Source of the DNA: Eledone cirrhosa
Taxonomy: Eukaryota
NCBI GenBank assembly: GCA_964016885.1
Contig: OZ024743.1
Span: forward strand, 124,372,001-124,436,000
DNA length: 64,000 bases
Reading direction: 5' to 3'
In this document: piece by piece, positions 12,588 through 26,287 of the stretch
Layout of the letters: the number at the start of each line of letters is the position of its first letter
Position numbering within the stretch: position 1 is the stretch's first letter
Made by a program: the position numbers and the translations under genes
The notes under the pieces: generated by a model
The model's database searches: none
Told to the model about the DNA's origin: nothing
Seen by the model: only the letters and a program-made list of their open reading frames with translations

Positions 12588-13498
12588 CACACACATAAAA
12601 AAAAAAAACACATGTTATTTAAATAATTATCAACCCATGCGATGAAGTGAAACAGTAAGAATTTGTGACAAACAAATGAAAAAAAAAAAAAAAAAAAATT
12701 ATCCGAAAATACAGAGAAACATTTAAAATGAGAAGACGCTACCTGATCGTTGAAAATATCAAATAGCACCGATTAAAACAACGAATCAAATTGAAAAGCT
12801 GACAAAAATGTTGAAAGGTAACTGCATAATACTTGTAAAATTTACTTTTTACCTCATTTAATGTTTATTGATGTTGACAATATAACAACATTGTGAGCAA
12901 ACATACTATGTATGAACACGGTACATATCAACACCAAACCGATCCTGTCTCCACCCACAGATAAAAACCACATCATTCAAACCAAGGTTATTAAGCGAAT
13001 GCATACTTTGAATAGGTTGCATAAAAAGTGCTGAAAACGGAGTGTGTAAAAGATAATATCGCTAGATATAAATAAGTCGGTTTCCAACGAAATTGATGAC
13101 AATCTAAATAAAGAACCGAAATTTTTCCGTTTATGTCTCACAAATAAAACATAAAAAGCATAAATGGACATGAGAGGAATACGTTTTAATCATGTGTGGA
13201 TATTTTACAGTCAGACTATAATTTAAAAAAAAATTAGAACCCCCCACAAAAAAAAAAACCAGCAAAAAAACTATAGTATACTTGGATACAAATGTGGAAG
13301 AAACATAGCCTGGATCAAAGCATATGTTGGATCCCCCATCCCAACATATTAACTAACTTATTCTAAATCTAAACAGTATTAGAAACCGAACGCTTAAAAG
13401 AAAGAATATACAAGGAAAATATAGGCAACGACATAAAACGATCAACAAAAATAAGTAAATAAGCAACTCCCAAATATCTACTGGATACAAAATAATGA

Positions 13499-13709
13499 TT
13501 TCTAGTATAGGCACAAGGCCAGTAATTTGGGGAGAGGAGAAAATCGATCAAATCGACCTCAGTGCGTGACTGGTACTTTATTTTATCGACCCCGTAAGGA
13601 TGAAAGGCAAAGTTAACCTCGGCGGGATTTGAACTCAGACCGTAATGGACCATAACTCTATGCTGCAAAGCATGGTGTCCGACTCTCTACCGATACTGCC
13701 AATCCACCA
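13499..13709 (-). mobile_element. Full-length Nin-domain-like SINE
   Basis: Reverse complement of the 9306-9518 family. Confidence 0.85.
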
Positions 13710-13740
13710 TCCTTATACGGAACCAAAATAATGCAAACAT

Positions 13741-13804
<64 letters not shown>

Positions 13805-13989
13805 GCATTCCAAAAGATGTCAACATGAATGGACCTGTTATTTTTATCTAAATGGACATGAGAGGAATACGTTTCAATCCTGTGTGGATATTTTACAGTC
13901 AGACTATAATTTAAACAAAAATTAGACCCCCCCCTCCCCCAGCAATTCCAAACCGCCCGTCCCTTCAATCTATCTTATTTCTCATCCTT

Positions 13990-14025
13990 TCTTCTGACGA
14001 AGGACTAGCGTCCGAAACGTTAAGA
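13990..14025 (+). ncRNA. Minimal type I hammerhead ribozyme in a short repeat ending at (CA)n
   Basis: tctt-CTGACGA-a-ggac tagc gtcc-GAAA-cgtt-aaga; stem III is the palindrome aacgtt. Confidence 0.65.
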
Positions 14026-14357
14026 CCCTCTTCCTGCTATTTCAAGCGTTAACCTAATATATTCTTTCCATATACTGTACCGATTGTGGTGTTATTTCTG
14101 TTTACTTTTTACACACACACATATATATATATGTATATATATCTATATATATATATATGAAAAGATTCAGGTCTCCAACGGCTGAGCTCCGGCCGTTTCG
14201 AGAGCTAGATCCGCATCCTATCTGATATATATATATATATATATATATAGTATAAAAAAACGAAAAATCAGTGTTACAATTGTTTCGTGTTACAATTGTT
14301 TCGCATACAATTTTGGTATACCGCATATGGAAGCACCATAGCTACCATTATACACAC

Positions 14358-14427
<70 letters not shown>

Positions 14428-14448
14428 GTATATATAGAAAGAAAGAGA

Positions 14449-14678
14449 GAGAGGAAAATGCGAAGTTCAAGATGTTAGGGTCCTTTATTAATTGAGCCGT
14501 TATACATATTTCAATGACGGTAGATATATTGATTAAAAGGTAACATTTACCTCAGCAATGTTAGTTTTTAATCAATTTTTCCAGTCTGAAGAAATCACGA
14601 TATCTATCGTCATTGAAATATGTATAACGGCTCAATTAATAAAGGACCCTAACATATTCAACTTCGCATTTTCCTCTT
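14449..14678. repeat. Fold-back insert (~80-bp inverted arms) in (TA)n with a probable HHR at 14581-14630 (+)
   Basis: 14449-14527 is approximately the reverse complement of 14599-14678; CTGAAGA at 14586, hairpin acgata/tatcgt, GAAA at 14615; stem I imperfect. Confidence 0.7.
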
Positions 14679-14711
14679 TATATACTCCATCATTCCTGTT
14701 TTTATGAAGTA

Positions 14712-14769
<58 letters not shown>

Positions 14770-14862
14770 AGTTTATGTTGGTTGTATACCAACACCTCAG
14801 TATGCAGGCTGGAGCACTCGACGAAGTGCGCAGGTTGGTTTGGTTACTCCGGAGTAGTGTAA

Positions 14863-16674
14863 AATAAAGTTAAATAAAAGTCAAATGATTAAAATTTAGC
14901 TTCGTTTATTACTGCTATATATATTTCAGTGACAGCCATCTTTGGCTGTGACCTCTTCAGGCAGTTTGAATTAGTATGGTATAGACAAGTACATATGTTG
15001 TTTAGGTGTATGATATTGTCAATACTCTGATATGCCCAGTTCCTTGCTGCGTTGTTAATTCACTGGGGAACTGGAGTCATATGAATTCAAACAAACGAAT
15101 TTTCGTGTCACAGGTCCCCTTCTCCTCTCATTGGTCAGTTATTAGTGTTGTCACTGTTGGAGTTAGCTTAAAAATTGATAAAATGGTAGAAGGGACAAGG
15201 TGTTGAAGGAACAAAATATCAAAAAATGTGTCAAACTTCCCATTGTTCAGTTCTGAGAGCATTCCTCAGTCAGAAGTCTATAGAATTCTTTCTGGGGTGA
15301 GGCTCCCTGTAGTGTTTATGCCTGCTATTGTTCAGTACATTTGACCTCCACCATTATTTTGGTACTGTTGTTGTTGTAGTGGTCAGCTTATATCTTGCTG
15401 CTGCTAACAATTTAGAAGTATTCAGTTTGTGTTTTCTCTTCATCCCACCCGCCACCATCGTAGTGGTGGTGGCGGGGGGGGGGGGGGGTTATTTCATGTA
15501 TATGAAGAAATATAAGGCAATAAATGAAGAAAACAGAAGATAAATAAATAATATAATAAAATAAAATAATTAATATAATTTGTGTAATTTGAAAATAAAT
15601 AAATAAATAGAGAATAAAGAATAAAGAGTAAATGAGAGATTGGTGAAAAAGTAATGATAATGTATATGGAGAAGTGAGAAATAATGTAGGATAAAGTGTG
15701 TGTGTGTGTGTGTGCTATAACCAATCTCAAGGTCAGAATATGTTGGATAGATTGTTATGATACAAGATGTTAAGATGAGATATTCAATGTGTTTGTGTTA
15801 TAATCTATCTCAACTTAAAATAAATATAAGGTTATACAGTGAAGAGGGCAGAAAACAAATAACAAATTAATATAGAGAAATCAAGATTTAAGATTGGAAC
15901 TTTAAAGTCAGAAATCTGGTAAATTAAAAGTGTTCTCTATTTATTTATTTATTTTCAAATTACACAAATTATATTAATTATTTTATTTTATTATATTATT
16001 TATTTATCTTCTGTTTTCTTCATTTATTGCCTTATATTTCTTCATATACATGAAATAACCCCCCCCCCCCCGCCACCACCACTACGATGGTGGCGGGTGG
16101 GATGAAGAGAAAACACAAACTGAATACTTCTAAATTGTTAGCAGCAGCAAGATATAAGCTGACCACTACAACAACAACAGTACCAAAATAATGGTGGAGG
16201 TCAAATGTACTGAACAATAGCAGGCATAAACACTACAGGGAGCCTCACCCCAGAAAGAATTCTATAGACTTCTGACTGAGGAATGCTCTCAGAACTGAAC
16301 AATGGGAAGTTTGACACATTTTTTGATATTTTGTTCCTTCAACACCTTGTCCCTTCTACCATTTTATCAATTTTTAAGCTAACTCCAACAGTGACAACAC
16401 TAATAACTGACCAATGAGAGGAGAAGGGGACCTGTGACACGAAAATTCGTTTGTTTGAATTCATATGACTCCAGTTCCCCAGTGAATTAACAACGCAGCA
16501 AGGAACTGGGCATATCAGAGTATTGACAATATCATACACCTAAACAACATATGTACTTGTCTATACCATACTAATTCAAACTGCCTGAAGAGGTCACAGC
16601 CAAAGATGGCTGTCACTGAAATATATATAGCAGTAATAAACGAAGCTAAATTTTAATCATTTGACTTTTATTTA

Positions 16675-16680
<6 letters not shown>
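14863..16680. repeat. Large inverted repeat (~750-bp near-identical arms, ~320-bp spacer) flanked by (TA)n; each arm carries an HHR
   Basis: 14863-15614 is the reverse complement of 15933-16680 (identical mirrored ORFs in the track at 15006+/16539-). Confidence 0.9.
16580..16634 (+). ncRNA. Type I hammerhead ribozyme (mirror copy on - strand at ~14911-14965)
   Basis: Stem I actgc/gcagt, CTGAAGA, stem II acagcc/ggctgt, GAAA, palindromic (TA) stem III, cleavage after 16629. Confidence 0.75.
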
Positions 16681-16763
<83 letters not shown>

Positions 16764-16822
16764 ATACTTTGGGAGGGTCATGCTGACAGAAACGAAATAT
16801 ATATATATATATATATATATAT

Positions 16823-17400
16823 AAACAAACCGAGCATTATAGTAAATGCTCGGTAAACCGATACGTGCATATATATATGTGTGCATGTATGTATATATAT
16901 ACATACTACTGTACGTCTGTATACATATATGTATGTACGTATACATAACATACATACTTACATTTAAGTAAGTGCCGTACTAAGAGTGAGAAATGAAATT
17001 TCGTTTCATTCTATTCCATTTATCGTTTTCGGTGCGCCCGGCCGACTGAACTCACTCGATATGCAAATTAGGCTGCTCAGCCGTTAATATGCATAAGGAA
17101 AGTATATACTTTCAGACGTTCAACCATCTGGCAGGAAGGTATACGATGCTGACGATAGCTAATAAGCTTGAAACTAGTACATCGTTCCTGTGTCAGTGTT
17201 GAACAAAAAGGTGACGTGGTTGCCTAAACACTGTACGGCGTAATTCGGGCTGTTTGTTTGTTTACAAACAAACAAAACGAGCATTATAATAAATGTTCGG
17301 TAAACCGATACGTGCATGTATATATGTGTGCATGTATGTATATATATACATACTACTGTACGTCTGTATATATATATGTATGTACGTATACAAGAGTGAG
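16823..17400 (+). mobile_element. ~445-bp-unit retrozyme-like insert (about 1.3 units) with central HHR
   Basis: 16823-16945 is directly repeated at 17268-17392; HHR lies between the repeats. Confidence 0.7.
17143..17185 (+). ncRNA. Minimal type I hammerhead ribozyme
   Basis: Stem I acgatg/catcgt (extended by caggaa/ttcctg), CTGACGA, stem II agct-aata-agct, GAAA, palindromic stem III actagt, GUA cleavage after 17179. Confidence 0.85.
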
Positions 17401-20400
17401 GAGATAGTCTTGGTGCCCTCCTACTGCGGGCAGAAAATTGTGAGGGTCAAAGTGACCCAGGTCCCGCCCGACGTGCCCATACCTTGGCTAGCCGCGTCTG
17501 TACTGGCTGGAATCGAGGAGAAGACCACCATACTGCAAATACAGAGAATGGGAAGAGAGAACTGGTCAGGAATAGGCATGCAAATGCTAATACAGACTGA
17601 CCAGGAGTGCATCGAGGCCATCCCAGACATCATAGACCTAGAAGAAGGGCTCCAACTCCCTATAAGCGTGAAAAGAAGGCGCCCAAAGTGCTATCTCTGT
17701 GAGCAGAAAGGTCACCTCAGGGCCTTCTGCCCGCAGAAGACAGCCAAGAAGAGGCCCCTCCCCTCCTTCTGACGCCTGATCCGCTACTACCAAGAGCAGG
17801 GCAGGCAACAGAGGCAGAAGACCATTCCATGGTGAGTAGGGGGGCAACGTCCATGACACCCATACCAAGGCCACAGACAACTAAAACTGCGGCAGCAGTG
17901 GCGGCAACACCAACAGTCGCTACACCGGCGGCAAAATCACCGGAGCGGGCTCCACTACGACCACCAACAGAAGTGGAGCTCATACCCCTCTCAGACACCA
18001 CGGAATCTGACATGGAGTGTGAGGCGGGAGGGAAGTGGCAAACGGTCTGCCACAAAAAACAAAAGAGGAAAAACCCCTTAGCTTCACCCTCCAAAAACGA
18101 AGGCAGACAAAGAGGGGTAAAGGCTGCAAGGAGATTTGCAGCAACACTACCACCACCACCATCACCACCACAAGCATCACCACCAACAACAACCACACCA
18201 CCACCAGCATCACCAAAAACACCAACATCGCAAACAAAACAAAACACACATCCAACAGCAACAACAAGAAAACAGCAACAAAATCACCCCTCTCCCCCAA
18301 AACTACACAGCTATAAACATGGCAAATAAAGAACTCATACAACATATAAAGCAGCACACAGACATCACAGAAAAAAACTACAAGACCCCACCAACACCAA
18401 GAACCCTCCCGACAAACATAAGCTTCATTGAAATCAAAATATAACTATAAACTTTTAAAACAAAAATTCCCTAACGCAGATGGAGACTTCAGAGGGTCGG
18501 TTACCAAGAGGATATACACTGACATCCTCTTGGAAACACCCATGACCAGCCAAAGAGACAGTTCTACTGTCCTTTCACCACACGATCAAGGTAAGTGACC
18601 CTTTCTCACTTACCCCGTTTCTCATCCAACATGGCCGTACTTAGAATAGGCAGTATAAATTTACGTGGCCTGTGGTCATCTTGGAAGCAAGGTCACCTGC
18701 TCAACGACCTCAGGTTACTAAACATAGATGTGGTGGCCATCAGCGAGACCAGAATCTCCAAAGCACGAGCCTTCGCACCGATCTTCGGCGGCTATGATGT
18801 ATAGGCATCTCCCAGCCGTCCGAATCTGGCACGGGTGGGGCCCTGATAAACTTGGATCAATCTAAAGCATTTGATAGGGTCAACCATCAGTACCTGGCTG
18901 TGGTCCTCAAGGAGGCCGGCTTCGGGCCCGTTTTTAGAGGCAGCATCGCTGCGATGCACAGTGACATCTGCTCGATGGTCACTCGTCGCAGCCTTTCAGC
19001 ATCATACGCTCGGTCCGCCAGGGTTGCCCCCTCTCGTCCCTCGTGTACGTACTGTCCCTCGAGCCGTTACTTCACAAATTGGAGACGATGAGGGGGCTCC
19101 CACGTGAACTGGGATGCAGGGAATCCGTGTCAGCTTACGCCGACCACGTCACCGTGGTGGTGTCGAGCACCAAACACGTCCAGATGCTCGGCAGCGTTCT
19201 CAAGGAATACGAAGCGGTGACAGGAGCAAAGATAAACCAGGAGAAGTCGGTGGGCTTGCAACTCGGCACCTGGAGAGGCAAGTCAGTCCATGCCGCCCGA
19301 CAGCGTTGTGGGACGCTGGACGGAAGGACCGGTTAAATTGCTCGGGGTCTGGTTCCACCCGGAACTCCAGATGGAGAAAAACTGGAGCGAGGTGACGAAC
19401 AGGGTGACTTCTCTCACCCAGAAATGGGCTGAGAAGAGGCTGTCTCTGAAAGGTCGGGCAGAGGTGGCGAATGCGTACATAGCGTCCGTCATTTGCTACC
19501 GCCTGACCGTCGTACCTTTCCCCCGCCCAACTCTGACCAAAATGGAGCGCCTTCTCTTCGGCTTTTTGTGGAAGTGACGTGGTCCCATGGTCAGCCGATC
19601 CATTTGCTGTCAACACCCGTTGCGTGGAGGACTAGGCATGCCGTGGCTGATGATGCGCAAACATGCGCTGAGGCTGCGACATCTCTGGTGCTTCCTTGAC
19701 GGTGAACAGGTGTGGTCGCCGTTTGCCAGACGCGCTTTTTCCCAGCTCGTCTCCTTGACGGAGCTGTAGTCCTGGATCAGGAAAAGACCGAGGGATAGCG
19801 CTTGGAAGCTGGAATGTCTCCAAGCGCTCACCGCCCTCTACCAGCTGGGCACCAGTATCGGTGGAACATCCACTTCGGCGTTCTATAGAGGGCTAGTGGA
19901 AGGAAAGAGCGACGACGTTCTCGGGGAGACCTTGGGCGTCGAAGACGATCAGCTGTTCGCTCTCTTCAAGAGAACTTTCAGACCGGGGCCTATGGACAAC
20001 TTCCAGAAATCCCTGGCCTGGCAGTGCTACCGGGGAGCGTTGCCGGTTCGGGATAAGCTCTACAGGCACGGAGGTGTTGTCAGCCGAGCTTGTCCGAGAT
20101 GCGCGCAGGGCGACGAAACCGTACTGCACGCAGTCGTTCAGTGCCCGAGCATTGCTGACTTGTGGAGCTATGTCGAACAGCTGCTGTCGCGTGTTGGGCA
20201 GATCCGGTTACCGACTGAGTCCATTGTGCAGATAGCTCCGCCATCCTCCTTTATAGAGGAGGAAGGGCAAGCAGTTTTCATCTGCCTGGTGGCCATGGCG
20301 AAAGAGACTGTGTGGTGGACACGATTGAAAGTGTTAAAGACGGACACTTTCCTCTCCGGTCAATCCCTGATTAACTTTTTCAAGTTTCACTTCAAGAGGA

Positions 20401-20690
20401 AAATCAGGGTGGAGAGGCAAGTGCTGTCGACTGAGGAGTGGGAAAAGTGAGAAAAGGCGCTTGCCTTGGTGGTTAGGGTGGCCGTGGTCTTTTGTGAGGT
20501 TTTCACCACGAGTGACCCTCGGAGGTTTCCCCCTATTTGGGGAATTTTTGTTGTTTGAATTTTTTTGGATTTCTGGTCCGATTTGGTTATAACCTGTTTA
20601 CACGACCAAAACCCACTTTGTATCGCCCTGTACTGTTCTGTACCGTCTCTAATGTTTTTCTTCGTATCAGCCCTTGTGGCCAATAATGAA
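17400..20690 (+). mobile_element. Tx1/L1-clade non-LTR retrotransposon, internally deleted and frameshifted
   Basis: ORF1 zinc knuckle CYLCEQKGHLRAFC; APE N-terminus RIGSINLRGL..DVVAISETR; RT LDQSKAFDRVNH, QGCPLS, AYADHVTV; C-terminal CPRC..ETVLHAVVQC; ends in an (ATT)n tract. Confidence 0.9.
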
Positions 20691-20746
20691 ACCATTATTA
20701 TTATTATTATTATTATTATTGTTATTATTATTATTATTATTATTAT

Positions 20747-20928
20747 GGAGGTGGATTGACAGTATCGGTGGAGGGTCGGACGCCATGCTTTCCAGCATAG
20801 TTACGCCCTTTACGATTTGAGTTCAAATCCCGCCGAGGTTGACTTTGCCTTTCACCCTTACGGGGTCGATAAAATAAAGTACCAGTAATGCACTGGGTAT
20901 TTGCTGGCCTTGTGCCTAAAGTAGAAAC
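20747..20928 (+). mobile_element. Nin-domain-like SINE inside an (ATT)n tract
   Basis: Same family as 9306-9518; (ATT)n on both sides. Confidence 0.85.
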
Positions 20929-20929
20929 A

Positions 20930-21077
<148 letters not shown>

Positions 21078-21178
21078 GGCGTAACAAATAATAGTTATAT
21101 GCAGTCCACTTAGGTGTAGTCCAGCAATGAGATTAAAAACCTTTTTTGTATAGCAAACCATGTCAATCTTCTTTCCTG

Positions 21179-21246
<68 letters not shown>

Positions 21247-21548
21247 TAGAGATATAATCCTGGTAAGTGTGTACGCATTTCTTCTAACTTTAATTTTATA
21301 CCTAATTGTGTATGGTTGACGGTATATTTAGTCGATTTCCACGTCCTGTTGAAAAATGTTGGGTTAAAAATTCTATGGCGGTCGGCCGCGAAGAGATTGG
21401 TGTTGTTTATTTATCTAATATTTCTTCATAGGTGCCTTTTAATCTTATAGCCTGGTCTAATTGATTTTTTATGTGGTTGATTATGCTAATTGGGAGAGGA
21501 AATGGTGTATATATATATTATCAAATGATTCTATGGAGATACTTTATA

Positions 21549-21696
<148 letters not shown>

Positions 21697-22399
21697 GGAG
21701 GGGAAAAGAAAATGGTATTGGAAATAGCACTAAAAATATATTTAAACGATCTGATTTTCTTTTTTTCTTCTTTAATTCGTCAAATTGACGTTATTGAAAA
21801 AATGAGAGAAACAATCTTTTTTTAAAAAAAAAAGAGTTTTATAATACATATAAAATATATAAAATACAACCGGTTTCAATGTATCAGTGAAATCCATCTT
21901 AACAAATGTTGAATATTACAATTAAAAAGAATTAAAAAGAATTAAAAATTAAAGATTTAAAATTATATGTTGGGGCAGATTTGTTCATCTTTCTTGTTGA
22001 GATGACGACTAGATCTAAAACGAAATCTTATATATAGAGAGAGAGGCAGTCATAGTAGTAGTAGTAGTAATTATTGTGTTTTTTCACACAGAACAAAATT
22101 ATTTTTAGGGAGAGGCAAATTTTCTGTGAATATGTGTATCTCAATTGTGTTAATGGATTGGTCAAGAGTTCAGATGGGGGTGGTGAGGAGGAGAAATGTA
22201 AGCTGGAGAGAAATTCTATGGGTGAGAGAGGTAAATGTGATTGGCAAAAGTAGGGTTGTAAAAAGAATTCTATTTTTGTAATATGGTTTTATATATATAT
22301 ATATATATACATTTTTGAATTTGTTTTGCGAGATCAGGGTATATAAAGGAGCTAGAACAAAATGGGCAAAGATTGTAGAAAATGATGCAAATGGAACTT

Positions 22400-22745
22400 G
22401 CCCCATGTATAGAAGTAAATTTTGAAAAGGAATAGAAAGAGTTAGGAATAAGGCAAATAAAATAAACTCATGGTATGACAGCAATAAATACCAGAGTGTA
22501 ATGTTCGTCAATGCAACCCCTAGAGGCGAACTAGTTTATAGATAAGCTCAAATTAAATATTAAGATATTTGAAAGACCAGGTATTCCCATAAAAACCCTA
22601 ATTAGCAAAACATAAGCATTTTAAAGATCCCCCTGTGCTGATAGGAAATGCATAGTATTCAAGCTAAGCCCAGAAACTAACTGCAAAACTAGGAACGTAG
22701 TATATAGCATAAGATGTGCCGAGGGACAGTGTAAGAATAAGTTAT
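22400..22745 (+). mobile_element. Degenerate Penelope-like fragment (linker and start of GIY-YIG)
   Basis: PCADRKCI...NCKTRNVVYSIRCAEGQCKN is homologous to the 10192 frame. Confidence 0.7.
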
Positions 22746-22825
22746 ATACCCCCCCCCCCAGCACTATGAAACTTATAAATACCAATGACGTACTATATCA
22801 ACCGGCATTCCTGTTGAATTCATAC

Positions 22826-22890
<65 letters not shown>

Positions 22891-22964
22891 AAAATGAGGT
22901 ATTTTTTTTTTTAAAAAGTAAAAGAAAAAAAACCAGATGTCCTACACGGGTGAAAGTATAAGGT

Positions 22965-23165
22965 GAAGAAATTGAAAATGCAACAAGTCTTTTAAAAATA
23001 TTTATTTATTTACTTTACCGGTTTCACAGTTCTTATGCGACAAACCACAACAGAAACAAACCCTCCATCTCAATTTTACTTTTGAAAAGCATGAGAATCC
23101 CGAAACCGGTAAAGTAAATAAATAAATAGTCTTAAAAGACTCCAGTTGTATTTTCAATTTCTTTT

Positions 23166-23167
<2 letters not shown>
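22965..23167. repeat. Older fold-back insert next to (TA)n with a degenerate HHR
   Basis: Inverted arms tttatttatttactttaccggtttc / gaaaccggtaaagtaaataaataaa; stem I tttactt/aagtaaa; core decayed to ttgaaaa; palindromic accggt stem III. Confidence 0.6.
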
Positions 23168-23209
<42 letters not shown>

Positions 23210-24435
23210 GTACACACTCTCTCTCTTTCTCTTACACACACACACACATATATATGTATAGCTTATTACGTGAATGTTTTTGTCGTATAAATATTTTCCC
23301 AAAGTCATTTGTATCAGTTTTTCTTCCACCTGCCAACATTATATCTCTGAGTCATTCGTATGTTACAGATAAATAACGAAACACAATCGGCGTAACAAAA
23401 CAAACGTAAACGATATTTACGAGACAATAAATATTGTGTGAATCTACCTATATAGCTAGCTAGCTATCTAATTATCTATTTTCCTTGAAAATGTCTTCCT
23501 TTCTGATGCAGTCGCAAGGGCGCCGTCGTGACAAACAGCGTGTCTAGGACATTTTGGAACTGATGGGGCCTATCACAAACCAGGTATAACTGATTTCTTC
23601 AAAAGAAAAAGAGACGAAGAATCGACACCAGTACTCGACGGCTACTTTGTTAATTGAGCTCGAATGCATTTGAACTCAGAACGCAGACAACCGGATTAAA
23701 AATTGGAATGAATACCGGAGCAACGCTACAACGATCCTGCAAATTTGCTGCCTTATGATCTACTTTCCGACCTACCCATCTGCCCGCATGCCTGTCTGAC
23801 CGGTTGCTTATCTATCTATCTATCTTTCTATTTGGGGATTTCGATTGTTTAATTTGTTTGTTTCAATATTTTTACAGGATTGTATGTAAAATCCCCGGCA
23901 TGTGTCTTTCTTTTGTCCCCTTTTCTTGTGCACCCTTGTAGAAAATAAAGAAATATATCTCTTTATATATCTATCTACCTACTTACCTACCTACACCCGT
24001 TTCACCAGTTTGGTTATGTATGTAGTTGCCGCTTTATACATGTCGACATGACCGTGTTTATTTTTCCTTTCAAATCTAAAATTATCTGCTTACTACCTAA
24101 CATTTTTCTACTCACCTGCCACCATTTGTTTATCTCTTCAGATGGGTTCAATCAGGTCTTGGTGGATATTTGTGACTTCTCAGACTCAACTTTCTCATAA
24201 ACAATAGGTACTACTTTCGAAGCACGTTTTTTTGCTGTTTGCAAAACGAAATATGTGCTAATGATTATAATGAAAACCAATGTATAATTGTGCCTTCATG
24301 AGATATTAATCATTTACTATATTCAGTGGTGCTAGTTATCAGTCATGTCACAGACAGACAAGCAGGTATAGCTTATAATGTACAGTCATACAAACTTTCA
24401 TGTCTGGCGTAATATATCAGTGAAGGTCTATGTAA

Positions 24436-24481
<46 letters not shown>

Positions 24482-26183
24482 GTGTGAGTGTGTGTGTGCA
24501 TGTGCGTGTGTATGTGTGTGTGTGCGTGTGCGTGTGTATGTGTGTGTGTGTGTATGGATTGTTACATTTAATCTAAAGACACTCGTAGTTTGTATATCCG
24601 TTTCTCGTGTTGTTTATTCGCTAGTATCTAGAGCCCTGTAAGCTCCTCATGCAGGTAGAGGACAGGTTCCGCCTGATACATCGGAACCAGGTTGTTACGT
24701 AGTCTCTGGTGGGCGACTGAAAAAGCAAGTTTTGTTTTTATTGAAAGTCAAGTGCTGAAAGCTTTTATCTAAAATAGGAATATTGGCGTTAGTTTCATTG
24801 AGGTAGGACCTATACATATGTAAACCAATTTGAAGGTGATTTCGTACTAAGGTAGCTACATAGCTCTCATTCCCGAAGGTCTTAAATTTTATTCTTATAG
24901 CTGAGAGATAATTCCATGAGGAGAGAGTGAAGTCTTTGTTACTATTTAGTCAGAGAAAGAAGGACGGTGCTCATAAACCTTTCCATGGTTTCTGAAACTG
25001 ATAGAAGAAGGGAGGAAGTTATCTTTAAGCCGGAGACCTATTCTGAATGCTTGCAACAGAACGGACTTTACTAAAGGCCAGATGGTTGTGTTAAACTATT
25101 GATGAATTATGCCTATTACCCAAGTATGCCACAATGGATTTAAACTCAGAACGCAGAGAGCCGGAACAAATAACGAAATGTGTTTCATTCTATGCTCTAA
25201 CGACTCTGCCAATTCACCGTTTGAAAGAAGCAACAGATATTAGGAAACGAAAAGTCGTTAAGTAATTCAGTTGACTTTTAATCCATCCTTCTACACTTTA
25301 AAAGCAGGAGAGTTCATAGAAATGTTCGATAAGTTCAATCGTAGGTCATTTTCTCGCTTCAATGTCAAATCAGCAATCGCTGGCATGCGATGTTTAACAA
25401 ACACATTAGAGGACAATGATAATAAGATTTTCTTGATCGAAGTTTAGTTATAGAAAATGAGATAATATAATGAATTAATGCTATTGCCAAAAATATGACT
25501 ATTGATTTTTAATGATGTGATTGTAATGCCAATGATATGAGTACAAGACTTCAAATTTTGACAGGAGAGGCCAGTCAACGAAATCGACCGGAGCACATGA
25601 CTGGAATGTTATTTCTCTATGCAGACACATGATCAAAGAAACTCTAATGTATTCTCTCTTTTTTGTTAAATAGAAAACGACAGGGAGTTTTTGAAAAAGA
25701 AATTTGACTGCTATTTCAAGCATGTCAATCGATCGTGTAGAGGTTCCAACAGTATGCTGTCTAGGGCTGTCACATCAAGTAGCACATTTTCAAAAAGTTA
25801 AGTATTATGTTAGAAAGTTTAAAAAAAAAAAAATATTACTAATAAATTAGAATATACATACATCCGTAGACACACACATTGCCTGCAAGCAAGATGATAA
25901 CTACGGACATGTTTCGGCGTCATGGGACTTCATCAGTAAAACGCATTTTAGCGAAGTCTGCTTTAATCACTTAACAGAAATTTTTACACGAAGAAAAATA
26001 ATTATGTGTAATTTGCATAATTACAAAACGTGAGCTCAGGGAAAATATTCAAATGGGCCAATAACATAAATGTAGATAAATGAGATCGATGGTGAAGTAC
26101 AGAACGACATATGGCATAAACACTGTCCCTCCAAACATCCCACGTTTATATGTAAGTATGTATGTATATATGTATGTACACAC

Positions 26184-26287
<104 letters not shown>

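Noticed and set aside
13162-13935. ~80-bp local duplication (13162-13245 and 13850-13935)
   Set aside because: Short duplication around a SINE and microsatellite with no further structure
15006-16539. Duplicated 61-71 aa ORFs on opposite strands
   Set aside because: Mirror products of the inverted repeat; no recognisable domain
17717-18444. Overlapping Gly/Val/His/Gln-rich ORFs
   Set aside because: Alternative frames of the low-complexity C-terminal part of the Tx1 ORF1
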